From Camelus dromedarius (taxonomy: Eukaryota), in assembly GCF_036321535.1 (NCBI RefSeq), contig NC_087436.1:56980001-57044000 (forward strand): a stretch of 64,000 nt of DNA, given 5' to 3'. Positions within the stretch are counted from its first letter, which is position 1, and each line of letters opens with the position of its first letter. The notes below the pieces were generated by a model, which worked only from the letters and a program-made list of their open reading frames with translations, did no database searches and had not been told where the DNA came from. The position numbers were made by a program, and so were the translations under genes. Below, in pieces: positions 15,492 through 29,160 of this stretch.

Positions 15492-16405
15492 CATACAATG
15501 GAGTAAAGACAAGTATCTTCAGCAAATGGTGTTGGGAAAACTGGACAGTTGCGTGTAAATCAATGAAGTTAGAACACTCCCTCACACCATACACAAAAAT
15601 AAACTCACAATGGCTTAAAGACTTAACGATAAGACAAGACACTATAAACCTCTTAGAAAAAAACATAGGCAAAACATTATCTGACATAAATCTTAGCAAT
15701 GTTCTCCTAGGGCAGTCTACCCAGGCAATAGAAATAAAAGCAAAAATAAACAAATGGGGCCTGATTAAACTTACAAGCTTTTGCACAGCAAACCAAACCA
15801 TAAGCAAAACAAAAAGACAACCTATGGAATGGGAGAAAATATTTGCAAAAAATGAGACTGACAAGGGCTTAATTTCCAGAATATATAGACAACTCATACA
15901 ACTTAACAAAAAAACAAACAACCCAATCCAAAAATGGGCAGAAGACCTAAACAAGCAATTCTCCAATGAAGACATACAAATGGCCAATAGGCATGTGAAA
16001 AACATGCTCAATACCAGAGAAAATGCAAATAATTATCAAAGAAATGCAAATAAAAACTACCGTGAGATATCACCTCACACCAGTCAGAATGGCCATCATT
16101 CAAAAGTCCACGAACGATAAATGCTGGAGAGGGTGTGGAGAAAAGGGAACCCTCCTACACTGCTGTCAAGATTTGCAGATACTAATATATATAAAATAGA
16201 TAAATAAAAAGTTCATGCTGCATAACACAGGAAATTATATTCAATATCTTATAGTAACCTATGGTGAAAAAGAATATGAAAACAAATGTATGTATGTTCA
16301 TGTATGACTGAAGCATTACGCTATACACCAGAAATGGACCCAACATTATAAACTGACTATACTTCAATAATGTATATATACACACATAAAATTTAAAAAA
16401 AGAGA
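15492..16405 (+). mobile_element. 5'-truncated L1 with internal deletion
   Basis: ORF 15440-16120 contains L1 ORF2 sequence (FSKWCWENW...[15 protein letters not shown]...[11 protein letters not shown]). Jumps into the 3'UTR at about 16166. Degenerate TSD aagaaaacagtactgga (15475-15491) / aagaaaatggtagtgga (16406-16422). Confidence 0.95.
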
Positions 16406-17442
16406 AAGAAAATGGTAGTGGAAAAGGAGTTCTAATGTCATAAGCCAGCCTGCTTTCCTGGGGTGCTATGATTTCTGCTCAGCAAACAGTCAACAATATC
16501 AGACAATTCAGGCTGCAGTGACAGATGTGCAGGAGAGCACAGAGACAGCAGATCAGCAGTAGGCAATGTTCTTGTGAGCCCTGCAGGCATTCCAGAGTGA
16601 GGACTAAATGAGATAATACGTGGAATACAATTTGGGAAGGATACTTCCTAGGTTTAAATAACAATGAATTTTTTAAAAAATTTAAATCCTATATAAGAAA
16701 TTGTCTAAGTTACTGTGTTGTGGGTTTCTCTCTCCCTACGCCCTCCCCTGCAGTTCTTTTATTTAAATCTCTTTACTTCTCAAATTTAAAGTTATTTTGA
16801 TTAAAAAGCTAAAAACCATTTGTTCACAATTAGAAAAAGCTAATCTAAAGGCTTGAGTTTCATAAAAAAGGTATTGCTCTTTATCTCGTGGCAGCAACTT
16901 GATTTTTAGTCATAAATTCTCATATAATGGTCATGCAGTACTCACAAGTGTTCCTGTTACAGCATTTAGTGTGGGGATAGTGTTGAAAATTCTAACTATA
17001 AGAGAATTCAGTTTGATGAGATCCTCTGAGAGACATTTTAATCCCTAGCGCTAGAAAAAGTTGTATTTGAGCTAATCAACCAGAATATTTAAATCTTATG
17101 GACATAATTTTGAATTCCTCATATTTACTTCTAGGAAATCAAGGAATCAAGCGTAAGAACTTAAGCTTTCCAAGAATTAGCTTCATCTTTGCTTTTATCC
17201 CACTGTCCTACTTTTTCTTGCCCTGATTTTATTTTTCTATCCATTTTATATTCCATTGTAAGCATTAGTTTTGCAATGTCAATTACTTTTAATGATACTG
17301 TATTGTAGGTGTATATATATAATTAAATTACATTATAAATCTGTGGGATAATCATGTCCATTTTATGAATGAGGAAACAAGTTCAGACTTGCTGTATGTT
17401 CCATATGAGCTACTGGTTTCTAGAGAGCAATACATTAAAAAA

Positions 17443-17568
17443 TTTTTTTCCTTATTTTTTCAGGGGGGGAGTAATTAGGTTTATTTATTTATTTATTACC
17501 GGGGATTGAACCCAGGACCTCCTGCATGCTAAGCATGCACTCTGCCACTTGAACTGTACCCTCCTCCC
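17443..17568 (-). mobile_element. tRNA-derived SINE (camelid Vic-1-like)
   Basis: ggggattgaacccaggacct...atgctaagcatgcactct is the reverse complement of a tRNA-like head with B box. Body gtaattaggtttatttattt is shared with other copies in the window. Confidence 0.9.
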
Positions 17569-19130
17569 ATTTTTAAAAAATGTATAATACATTCTTATTT
17601 CAGTAACAGTAAATGTTTAATAGAAATGGCCTCAACCTGGTTCTTCAATTTAAGAAAACTCCTTCAGGAAAGGACACTGAGCAGACTACTGGCAGTAAAT
17701 TATTTGCCCTCCCTTCCACCACCTCCCGCCTCTCCAATCGTGGAGCCCCTGAGACTGCCGCTCTCCCATGGGCACAAACTCCTCTTCTCCGAACATTGTC
17801 TCCACCTGACTTATCGCAGCTCTGCTGCTCCCTAGAAGCCCAGCAGAGTGACGGGTGTGATTCTTCCAAACCTTAGAAACTTCACTCTCTAGAGGCAAGA
17901 TTGGAATCCTTCCTGCTCCTCGTTTCATCTCCAAGATCTTTATCCTCTATGGCCTGCTCATTTTCCTTGTCATTGTCATCAATCACTTGACCGCTTTCTG
18001 TTGTTCATCAAAAACTTTGGCACCAGCCTTACAGTCTTCTCTCTGTCCTCATTCCTGCCATCACTGTATGTGGCTTCAGTATCCACAGCGTCCTTTCATT
18101 TCCTTACCCTCCTCATCTCTATGGCCTTTTCTAGTCCATCTCAGCCACCTCGTCTCACAATCACACACTGAATCTTTTATGCAACAAAATCATTGATATT
18201 CCAAATCAAAGACTTAGACACTGAGCACTCTCACCCTTGTCTCTCATTTTTCTGGCCTACGTCTTCAACTACTCCCACCTGGCAATTTTTTGACCTCTTT
18301 GGACTTTCCAATAAGGGACCAGTCCCAGATGGATATCTTCCCCTCTGTGTTTAATTTTCTTCCCATTCAGTTCATTTTCCATGGTCTATAATTTTAAGAA
18401 CAATTTTGTCAATGCCATAAACTATCTTGTTTCTTTGGCAAGAACCCTTCCAGTGTGATCCCACCTCTTTCCTTTCTGCATATATTTATCTGGACAACAG
18501 AACAATTATGAAAACAATCACAAGACAGGGCATATCAGTACCACCAAAAATTTACGATCCCCAACCTCAACTGGACTCTCAGCATGGCCCTGAAATCCTA
18601 GTATGCGTCCCTAGACAACTTGCTTTTATTTGCTTAACTATTTCTCATTCCTCTAGTCTCCTAAATGCTTGTTATCTTCCCTTTCAGCCCAAATAATATA
18701 GAAACAAGCAACTCCCTGTTACCTCCCAACTCCTGCCTCTCTCCGCATTCTTGCCTGATGCATCCGAGGAGAATCCTCTTCTCTTGTCTTGACCAGTTTT
18801 CCATCTGTGTCCAGGAATCTTTCTTCTCTTGCCTTTCAAATAACTTACAGAATGGAATCTCCTTCCTCACCTGTGTCTTCAACCTCTACTCCTCGTGAGG
18901 TTTTTCCATCCACATTTCGATTTGATCTAATCTTCCTCAGCTTAAAAAAAAAAACCCTTTCCTCAGCCATGTGGCACATTTTAACATTAACATTTTCACT
19001 ATCATTAACAGTCTTACTGTCGGTAAAACCTGTAAAACATTTTAAGGTACAGCCTCATCAACTACGTTTCCCGTGCGCGTGAATCTAATTGCATTCCAAA
19101 ATATTTTCAAGGTTAACTAACACCCTGCTG

Positions 19131-19144
19131 CCAGCAGGTGGCTC
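19131..19144 (+). promoter_or_regulatory. CTCF-like core motif (forward orientation)
   Basis: CCAGCAGGTGGCTC fits CCASYAGRKGGC. Several retained CpGs lie just upstream (19064-19080). Confidence 0.5.
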
Positions 19145-20029
19145 TGTGTCAAAAAGGGAAAAAGGAAACAAAAATAAAACTTGGGAGAGTACAAGCTAAG
19201 ATGAGGACCCACGTTCCTGTCATTACCACTTATTCTGGTTATACCTTAATAGGTACCACCTGAAAGCTGTCTGGTATTTCTGCTTATTCTGTTTAAATCT
19301 TAATAGTTACCACCTGCTGGTTGTTTACTATCCAGTGAAGAAGAGGGTACCCAGGAAGGAACAAGTAAGAAAAACACTAAAATAAATCAACAGTTCTCTC
19401 AAGGAGATTTCAAATGAGCTCCAGATCTATAAGGAGAAGTGTTGTGCTTGAAAAAGATTTTTTTTTGTATTTTAAAAAATTTAATTTTATTTATATATTA
19501 ATATAGTCAACAAGATAAGAGAGGAAGAAAATGGCAAGTACATTAAAAGGAGCTATTGTTTTACCTTTATTTTCTGGGGCTAGGGCAGAAAGAAAGGCTT
19601 TGAATATCACTCGCATGTTCAACAAATACATATATTATAAGATATTAATAAAATAAATATCTGTTCACACCATACATCTCAACAAATAGAACATTATCTG
19701 GCTCTTGAAGGCTATGTGAACAAATTTCCTTTTTCCCAGAGGTAATGTTGTTCTGATTTTCATGTTTATAATTTCTGTCACTTCCTTTCTTGTCATTATA
19801 GTTTTGCTACATATATATTACCCCTAAAAATACAGCTTAGTTTTTGTATAAATGATACCGTACTATGTGCAGTCTTTTGTGACTTACTTTATCATTAACG
19901 TTTATATTTTTGAGATTCATGCATTTTGAGATACATATTCCATTGTATAAATATGCCACAATGTGTTACTGGGTCCTCACATTTGATTAATAAAGAACTT
20001 AGACCAACAGAGTGCAACCAAGTGAAAGA

Positions 20030-20720
20030 AGACTATAGAATGGATATTGGAAAAAGAAGTCATAAACGTAAGTTTTGGCCACTGACCAGTTGCAGCAATG
20101 GGGAGTTGTGGCAGTTATCCATGTTTCACCTTGCCTTACCATGTATGTTTTATGTGTATGTATAACCAATTATATATATTTTTTTCCTTGTTTCCTTCCC
20201 TCTGTTGTTTTAAACGGCATGGTTGGTAGTGGTTAACTTTACAAATTAGTGTGTATAGGGACAGGGTATGTCAAAAACTGCAAAACGTATGAGATCGACC
20301 CTACTCACAAGTTAACCTGACAGTTCATGGGTGCTGTTAGGAGACGTGAGATTCCTGGCTCAGAGATGAAGGACAGTTTATTACTCTCATCAATAGCAGT
20401 AGCCAGAGAATCAGCATTTTTGTGCTGGTCCCTGAGCCTCAGCTTCTATAGGGCAGCAGAAAGAGGGCCAGATGACACCTGCACATGCAATGGGTCGTGT
20501 TCCAGGAAAATAACCTGAATCTTTTATGATGAGCAGAAAGCATGACTGGTTTTTGCTCCAGAAGAGACCGTATCTCTATCTCCCAAGATGATTCACTACA
20601 CAAACATTTGTGGAAAGAATGGACATTAGAGATTAGAGACATTGTTCTAAATTCTGACCCCTATCCACGGCATATAACAGAGGCATTCAGGTACCCCTGA
20701 GGAAGTATCACTAATGTATA
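20030..20720. mobile_element. ERVL-class remnant (internal 3' end plus LTR-like segment)
   Basis: ggccactgaccagttgcag resembles the ERVL internal 3' end; gaaggacagtttattactc...agcagtagccag resembles an ERVL-group LTR in antisense. Family and boundaries uncertain. Confidence 0.5.
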
Positions 20721-22149
20721 ACTATATGTCTATATCCACTAAGAACCTCTTTCCCCCTTCAGACATCAAAATACTTTAACATCATAATATTGTTTATAGC
20801 AAAAAACGCAGCCCAGAATCTTATGTTGCTTTGGTTGTTATGTCTCTTTAGGTTCTTTTAATCTGGAGCCAATCCCAAGTTTTCCTTGACTTTCATGGCA
20901 TTAACACTTTTGAATATTAAGGCCAGTTATTTTGTAAAATATCCTGCATTAAGAAAGAAAGTCTTTCCTCATAATGAAACTCAGGTATTTTTGGCAGGAT
21001 TATGACAGAGTTGATGCTATGGTCTTCTGATTAGAAAGGAGGGAAGGACAAGGGAAGAAGCAGCATTAGTTTTGTAAAGTTTAGTGGTAGAGAATGTATT
21101 CCATGAGACAAAGCATTCTGGGTAAACTTCCATGCATGGAGTTTCTGAGATATAGTTCTGGCTTCTCCAATTACTAACCATGGGACCATGATGAATTGTT
21201 TGATTTATCTGGAATACACTTAATAAAATAGGAACTTATTAGGTTCTCAAAGGCATTAATAAGGTAATAGGTATGGAATGTTCTAATAGCCAATATTAAA
21301 CATGACATTTTTACATAAGCAAAAAACGATCCCCCATGAATGTTGTAAATTATACAAAAACTTGTTTGTAAAAATAGAAGCAACTATAGCCACTATATAT
21401 TGCCTCATTAGGAAATTCAGAATCCGACATTAAATGTTTAGTTTTTCCTACATACAATGCATGACCAGTAAGCCTCATATACACTTACCTTGTCTGCTTT
21501 ACTCATGTAAGAGCAGATGCACAGAGCTAAATTCTTATGTCCAGGAACATAAAACAGTTTTTATTTTCGTTCCTAATGAAAAATAAAGGCTTAAATACAT
21601 GCGATGTGCAGATAAAACACCATTGTTCTTATAATGCTCTGAGTCACTCTCAAACTTCTGTTTTGTTGGCAGTTGGAATATTTTCACCATATGAAAACAG
21701 ATTGATTTAGGGTATCCCAGAAACAGTGCTCTAGTTACAGGGTGATAAAAATGCTGGGGCTAAAACTGCCAGGTCTCATAACATCTCCCCCTGAGTGATG
21801 AATAAGGCAGTATTTAATTGTCTAGAAATCCAACAAGGCCGAATTACTTTTAGACACTGGTGAAAATGAGCCACATATATTTTTACATGAAGTGGAGGGA
21901 AATGTTTTTACCTTCTGTAGAAAAATGTATTGATGTAAGTATAACTCCCAACCACTAAGAAGACCTCGCGCATCAAAAAACAAACCAAAATCAAATCAAA
22001 AATCGCCCCCCTCCCAAACAAAAATACATGGAAATCTGCTTGGGTGGAAATATCGCATCTGATTGTATCATAAAGGATTTTGAGTTCTTGCTTATTCTCT
22101 GCAAATCTACACTGCACTCATTGCTGGCAGATGGTAAAGCACTTTTTGT

Positions 22150-22510
22150 TCTTAAGACAGATCCAAGGAGGGAGATTCTATAATGCCTCTCAGGAATTTG
22201 TTTAGCACTTTACAACCTTTGCTGTCAGGAAACTATTCTTCACATTTAACCTAAATCCCCCAAGCCAAATTTAGACCCATTTCCTCTAATTCAGTCCTCA
22301 TTTGAGATGGATAACAGTTGGTCACCATCTGCATAATATTCCTTTATAAGTTAGAAGACTGAGGTCATTCCACAGTCTTCCCTGCTACTCGGTAATGACC
22401 ACTTCCATTTCACCTGTATCACCCATTTGCAAACACTTAATCATTTTAATTCATGCCTGTGAATTTGAAGTTTTTCATGTCTCTCATAAATTGTATACAA
22501 GACACTTTAA
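22150..22510. mobile_element. CR1/L3 fragment
   Basis: ggagattctataatgcctctc...ttcttcacatttaacctaaatc resembles CR1 antisense sequence. Confidence 0.45.
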
Positions 22511-24127
22511 TATATGTACCAGAGTTGAGAGTAATTTTTTTCTCTTTTAAAACTAAGCCCTTAAGATCCTGTATCATATTCACTTTTAAATATTGTGCAC
22601 TTTTACCACACTATTATTTGTGTTCTCTGTGATTACTGTCTTCTTCTTAGCTAAGCCACACATTCTTAAATTTAGTGTATTTTTTCTTCTTCCATATTTG
22701 GGTTACTTTATGAACATAAATCTTTAAACTGAATTCCACTTTTTTCTGACTAGGACAAAATATCTTATTGCTGTGGCAAATATTATTCTAATTTTGAAAT
22801 TACCTATGACTTTAACTTATATGCTTGATATTCCATTAATGTGACCATCAAATAAAATACAAAAAATCAACTAGATTCAACAGAAACTCCAAAATATTTG
22901 GCACCTGGGGCAATGTTACCTTTGAGGACCTTTTTTTCCTAGGGAAATATTTCCATTGAACAATAATATTAGCTAGGCAATCTTTCGGGAACACACACAT
23001 AAATACTCTGTTTGGGGCATTGACGTGCATGGCTGCTGCATTGAGTTTGTTCCTCAAGTATTTTCTTTGCCTTCTGTAAACAGACCAGAAATGGCCAATT
23101 GTGAGTTTTTGCCATTTGGCTTTGGTGTATGCTGGCCTGTTTCGCAGCATGGTTTGTTGAAGTAGCTCACTCCTTTTGTGTGCCACCAAGCTGTGGCTAC
23201 AAGCTGTCTCCAACAAAATTCTTACCATAACCACAAGAACAAGTTTGTGCAGAAAGCTCACATACAGTCTGACTAGAAAATCACGGAAAGAAGGGGTGGA
23301 CACTCATGCCAGAGTGTATTTTCCTGGGATCATGATTTCCATTCCAATGGTGATCCTATTTAAGTCAAAATAAACTTCACCTATTCTAACTAGTTCTGTC
23401 ATCTGGTCTGCAAAAAAGCTAGATTGGTCCCGCAGGCTATTTCTTCACAAAACCACACTGCTGATTATTCTGTTGTTCCTAACGTGTCTGCCAATTGATT
23501 TTCTAATGATTAAATTTAGCTCTTTGGTGGGAAGAGTTGTTGAACTTTTAAACCTACAGTTCCTAAGGGGCATTTGGAAGGAACAGGCAGTAAACTCTTA
23601 ACTTTATAATTTCTAAAGAGCCTCTGTCTTTTTAAAAAAGACAGGCACTGCATTGGCTCTTACTGACAGAATTCACAATTAACCAAAAAAATACTAAAGA
23701 TTGGCATTTTAAAAACTAAGGCAATAAATCATTTCTTGAATTTGTCTTTAAAAAAAAAATATATATATATATATATAAAACCACAAAGTATGAAACTTTC
23801 CAGGGAAGTTTCCTATTCTATTCCCAAGGCAGACTTACAGAGAATGTTCTATTTTAAGGTGGTCATGAATTAGGTAATAGTTCCTCATTGCTCTGAGTTG
23901 AAAAATAGTCTATATCTTTTAGTGCTCACTAGACCTATATTTTACAAAATGACTTGAAACAGTTTCCAAATTTAACACTGTTGAATTTTTAAAAAATGAA
24001 ACCATAATTTGAGGTTAAGGTTTTCATTTAGACACATCTCATTTGAACTGACAGTTCCCTTGTGAAATTGAAAATCGTTCATATCAGTGGTTTTCAAAGT
24101 TGTTTGCTTGCATATCCCCTAAAGGAT

Positions 24128-26030
24128 TTTTATTCATTTATTCAACAGTTGTTTTTTGAGAAGCTTCTATGGATAGGTGCTATTCTATGTTTGGGGAGAG
24201 ACATGAGTAAACAAAAACCAAGACCCTGCCTTCAAGGAGTTCACAATCTAGAAAGAGATAATAAGCATAGTAACAAAATTAAATAGTATGTTTGAAGGTG
24301 ATGTGTGCTATGGAAAAAAGAAAAAGCAGAGGAGGAAAAGGGAGGTCAGGAATGCAAAGTAAAGGAAGTTTGTAGTGTTAATAAGATTTGAACAATGCAG
24401 TAAAAGAGGGAAGAAGTTGGCCAAGTGGGGGAAGATCATTCCAGACAAAGGAAACAGCCTATGCAAAGACTCTAATATGGGAGCTTGCTAGGCACATTCA
24501 AGGGTGCCAGTGCTTCTGGAGTACGGTGCGGAACAGAGGCAGGAATAGCAGAAGAGGAATTCAGAGAGACAATGGGAAGCCAGAGCCTGAGGGACCGGGC
24601 AGCCATGATAATGTCTTTGGTTTTCACTCTGAGTAAGATGGAGAGAGAGGGCACTGGAGGGTTTTAAGACAGGAATAACATGATCCAAACTATATTTTTC
24701 TTCCAGTCTTATTGAGATATAATGGGCATACTGAACCATATATATTTAAGGTGTACAGCGTAATAATTTGACTTACATACATCATGAAATGGTTATCACA
24801 ATAGGTTTGGTGAGCATGCATCATCTCATAAAGATAAAAACATTTTTAAAGGATCATTCTGGTTGCTTTGTTGAGAATAGACTGTTTAGTGGCAAAAGCA
24901 GAAGTAGAGAGACCTCTAAGGAGGCTGTTGAACAATTCAAGTAAGAAATGGTGGTGTCTTAGAACAGGCTAGTAAGAAGTGGTCTGATTATGGATTTTTT
25001 GGAAGGTGAATCACAAGATTTCTAGATGCACTGAATGTGCAACCTGAGAGAAAGAAAGGAGAAAAGAATGACTTGGCGCTTTTGATATAAATAAATATAC
25101 ATATAAAACATAACTTTTGTAGGTAAGTCTGAAGTTCAGGAGATTGGACTGGGATGGAAACGTACAGTTGAGAGCCATTGGCAATACAGAACATGTTATT
25201 TGAGGCCATGAGGTTGAATGAGATCACAAAGGGAATGTGTGTTGAGAACATAGAGGGTCAAGGACAGCCATGTGGCAGACCAAGATTTTGAGGTTGGTGT
25301 GAAGAGGAAGAAAAAAACATAGGAGACTGAGAAAGAGAGACTAGTGAGGGAGAAAGAACACCAAGACTAAATCCAAGAGGAAAATTTATATCAAGGAGGA
25401 AAAGTTAAATTACCATATTAAATTCTGCTGATAGCTCAAGTAAGATGAAGCACAATTGATGATCAGATTTAGTAACTGTGAGAGTCATTAATGAACTTTA
25501 CAATAATTTTTGGTATAATGATGAGTGAATGCCTAATTTTGTAGGACTTCATAGGTTAAGGAGAGAGCTGGAGAAGAGGAGTCCGGGAAAGCAAATACAG
25601 ACAATTTTTGAGGAGTCTTATTAGAAATGAGAGCAAAAAGGGATGGTAGTTTTCAGAGTAAGTGAGGTTAAAAGAGGCTATTTTAAAGAGAGAGAGAAAA
25701 AAACAACAGCATGTTGGGATACTGATAGGAAATATTTGGTAGAGAGCGAAAAGTTGATGATGTAGAAAGGGGTGGGATTGCTGTTCCCAGTTCTTGAGTA
25801 GGGAGGGAGAAGGTGGGCTCTGTGCCCAAGGGGAGGAGTTGGTCTTCTACCATAGCATCACCTGTGCTAGCAGGTGGAAAAGCAGAGTGTACAGCTACAT
25901 TTACTGGTGGGTGGATAGTGGTGGGAGACTGTGGAGACGTTGCAGTTACTGGAAATGACAAGATATAGTCTATGATTCTGGAAGTTAATGGCTAAAGTAG
26001 GGTGAAGCATGAGATCACTGGGGGAGAAGA
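24128..26030 (-). mobile_element. L2 LINE (about 1.9 kb), interrupted by a short L1 3' fragment at about 24695-24835
   Basis: L2 tail ttcatttattcaaca..., ccctgccttcaaggagttcacaatctag and a long purine-rich antisense body. The insert ttattgagatataatgg...tttaaggtgtacagc is an antisense L1 3' end. Confidence 0.75.
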
Positions 26031-26763
26031 GTTAAAAAAAAAACTGAACTCACTGCCTGGATGAAGTAAGGTGCTGTCACCTTTGGTATGCATTACTGAT
26101 GCTCTCTTTGCTTTGTTTTGATTGCACTGTCCCTCAGATGAATTATGCTTTTGTTGCCTATAATTAGGGGAGAGAAAAATTATCTTTAAACAAACAAACA
26201 AAAATCCCTCTAGCTACTTCTCCTCTACAATATATCTAAATTCAGAACATTTCAACCTGGGCCAAAACCTCTATTTCTAACACCATGCACAGAAATACGA
26301 ATAAAACAGGGATATATAAAGTCCTACTATGGATTTATGGTGTTTTGCTTAAATGAGGCTTCCTGACAGCAATATTTTGAGCCTTTCCTATATTTGGCAC
26401 TCTGAGAGATTTTTACACCCTGGCATGATGTACACAGTAAAATTCGGTATGGCTGAACTGCTCACCCCACTTTTATACAGTGAAAGGGAAAGTGAGAGAG
26501 GAAAATTGGCAGGACTTCTTGAGGCAGATCAGTTTTAAGGAAAAGTACATATGAAAGTTGAAAATAAGGAAACTGATTCCCTTAAAACTTTCCATCTTCA
26601 CACCCTCCATGAAAAGTCTTTGTGTGCCCAAGTTTGCAGATTACTGATATAGACAGTTCAAAATTTAAAACAATCTGGTTCATGAACATTTTGTCTGGGG
26701 AAAAAAAACCTGTCACAGCTTAACATATTCAAGATGAACGTTGAATTCAATTAGAGCAGAGGG

Positions 26764-26775
26764 CAACAACAACAA

Positions 26776-26820
<45 letters not shown>

Positions 26821-26829
26821 AAACAAACA
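26764..26829. repeat. (AAC)n microsatellite
   Basis: caacaacaac... run with one interruption. Confidence 0.95.
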
Positions 26830-28749
26830 GTTTGGAGCTCTCCAGAAAGGAAAGGACTTTATTTTTCTGAATGGAAAAGAGTATTATCTTTTAGATAACA
26901 CTTCCATTTGGTGTCCATTCTTGAACTTTTATGACACTGTATGGCACTTGACTGGTTGGGACAGTAAATCCAGGGATGGCAATAAACCCATCTTCCAGAG
27001 CAGGACAGATTCTGGGAAACTCACCCCAAGAGTAGTGGTTGACCACACAGATTTGGTCTTGCAGGAAAGACTGTATCCAGGCATTTCAATAGTGTTCAAA
27101 TACAGTTCAAGCAAATGATTCAAATACGTTCGACAAGGGCATTAGTGCAAACTGAAGTACCTGCATGTCCTAACAGGTTGATAGAACCGATGACAGAGAT
27201 TGAAGCAAGGCTATTTAGAATCTGAGTCATACAGATAATGACCATCAGGGAAGTGTATCCATGGGTAGCAGAGCCTCCAGTCAATGAAACCAACAATCTG
27301 TAACTAACTTGACTGAGAATTTACCTCTGTAGCTGTTACCAGGATGTGTTGTTCTGTAGAAGGAAAGGATAACAACTTTCACTGATAAGTGGAGAAAACC
27401 TAGTAGAGACTATTTGCTTCAATTAAAACAGAGATTTTTGGATATCCCAGGATATCTCTGCTCTCAGCCAGACCAACTTCTCCTCTGGTTGGGCTCTGGT
27501 AATGGGTCAAATGCACATTTCACCTAAAAGTAACTGATGGAGAATAGAGTGGCAAGAACCACTATGAGTTCTGCAACAGTGACATTTTACTACTTTTAAG
27601 AGCATCTACATAAATCTGAGAATTATTAATACATATATTTGCAAGACATTTGGTTTATTTTGAATAAAGTTAGTGTCTAATAGACTTTTGATTTCAAAAC
27701 CTCCTATGGTCATGTGAGCTAGAAATTGAATGTCATTGTTTGAATCTAATTCCTTCCAACCTTCTTGTATTATCTCGCTTTAAGGAAGCCTCATTCCCCA
27801 AAGGTCAGTCTTGAAATACATTGTATATATTCAAGATTCTAAAACTGAGGTTCCTGGGAGATTTGTAAGGGAACCATCTCTACATATCTTGAAATATAGT
27901 GAGCCCATGGGCTTATAAACCCCATCTAAAGTTTTCATTTCAGAAAGAGATAATATGAAATTTGTGAAAACATAATTCTATGAAATGTTTAAAGATCTTT
28001 GTACTAAAAAGTGTTTTGTCAAGAGTTCCCAAGAAAATTATAAAGATTACTTTGATACTAAGAAGACTTTAAAAATCAGAACACAGAATGGTTTGAATAG
28101 CATGATATATAAGAATAGATATTTCTTCAGTTAAAGCTGCAGTCTCATAAAAATGTTTTCCTTTATAGAAAAGAGTACAGGTTATAAATAAAGTACTGAG
28201 GAGAAAAGTGATTTTCAACATTTTCTCATCCTAAAGCACCACCAGAGAGCTATAAAACTTTCTTTTGTGCTTTCCCAAACATTGGTAAGAATACTTGTGA
28301 TTGGAAAAAATCATTTCCAAATGTTCTTATGTATTTATTTTGCCATATATTTGAAACTAAGCTTCTAAGTATCTCCCTGGACATACAAGTGCACTTACAA
28401 TAGTGCTTATTTCCAAAGGAATCTTGGAGAAATACAAGAAAAATAACTGTAACTGAAACAAATACATGTGTGATTTTCAAATGTGGACAGATTTAATATG
28501 AATTGAAGTGCTTGGTTTATTCTTCCTTCCTTCCTTTCTTTTTTATTCTCTCTTTCTTAAAACTTTCAAAATAATTTTAATTGTAAAACTTAAATAAAGA
28601 ACATCTAATGTATGTATTAGCATTAAGACATGCATTGCAGTCCACAAAGTATTTAAGCTTAATTTATAAGTAGTGCCTTTACATGATGACCTGCCATAGA
28701 ACACTGAGGAGGGACTTCCTTCCAGCTGCTGCTGGGTTTTTTCCCCCAA

Positions 28750-28885
28750 TTTTTTTTCCAATTTTTTTAGTGGGGCAGGGGAGGTAATTGTGTTTATTCG
28801 TTTATTTTAGTGGAGGTACTGGGGATTGAACCCAGGACCTCATGTGTGGTAAGCATGTGATCTGCCACTGAGCTATTCCCTCCCC
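28750..28885 (-). mobile_element. tRNA-derived SINE (camelid Vic-1-like)
   Basis: gaggtactggggattgaacccaggacctc...ccactgagctattccctcccc, flanked on both sides by cagctgct (approximate TSD). Confidence 0.9.
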
Positions 28886-29160
28886 TCTCAGCTGCTCTGG
28901 AGACATCTTTTCCTCCTCTCCCTTCACCCTCTCTCCCTCCCTTCCTCTAGCCCAGGTTCTTCATACCCATCCTCCTGGTGCCACTTTTGTGCAGTTTGTG
29001 GCAAGAAATGAGTGAGGGAAAAGTGGGAAGGGAAGCCATCCTCTAACAGCTCCCCTCATCCACCCTCCTGTTCTACCACCTGGCTGCTCGTCCGCCTGCA
29101 GGATCTCCAATGCTAGTTGAGGCCTCCTGCCTCAGCTATCCTACAGCAGAACTTCCACTC

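Noticed and set aside
15440..16120. Longest ORF in the window (226 aa) and its antisense ORF (205 aa) as possible genes
   Set aside because: L1 ORF2 fragment with a non-ATG start in flanking DNA and a frameshifted tail. The antisense ORF is the usual L1 shadow frame.
21908..22117. Minus-strand ORF/exon candidate (VFLVVGSYTYINTFFYRR) that could splice in frame to the segment at 13388
   Set aside because: Weak donor (gtaaaa), atypical acceptor and no recognisable homology. Not included in the speculative exon chain.
22848..23303. 151-aa minus-strand ORF
   Set aside because: Non-ATG start, no domain similarity I recognise, no clear splice boundaries. Consistent with chance.
26741..27118. 125-aa ORF with a poly-Asn tract
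   Set aside because: The poly-N comes from the (AAC)n microsatellite and the remainder has no recognisable homology.
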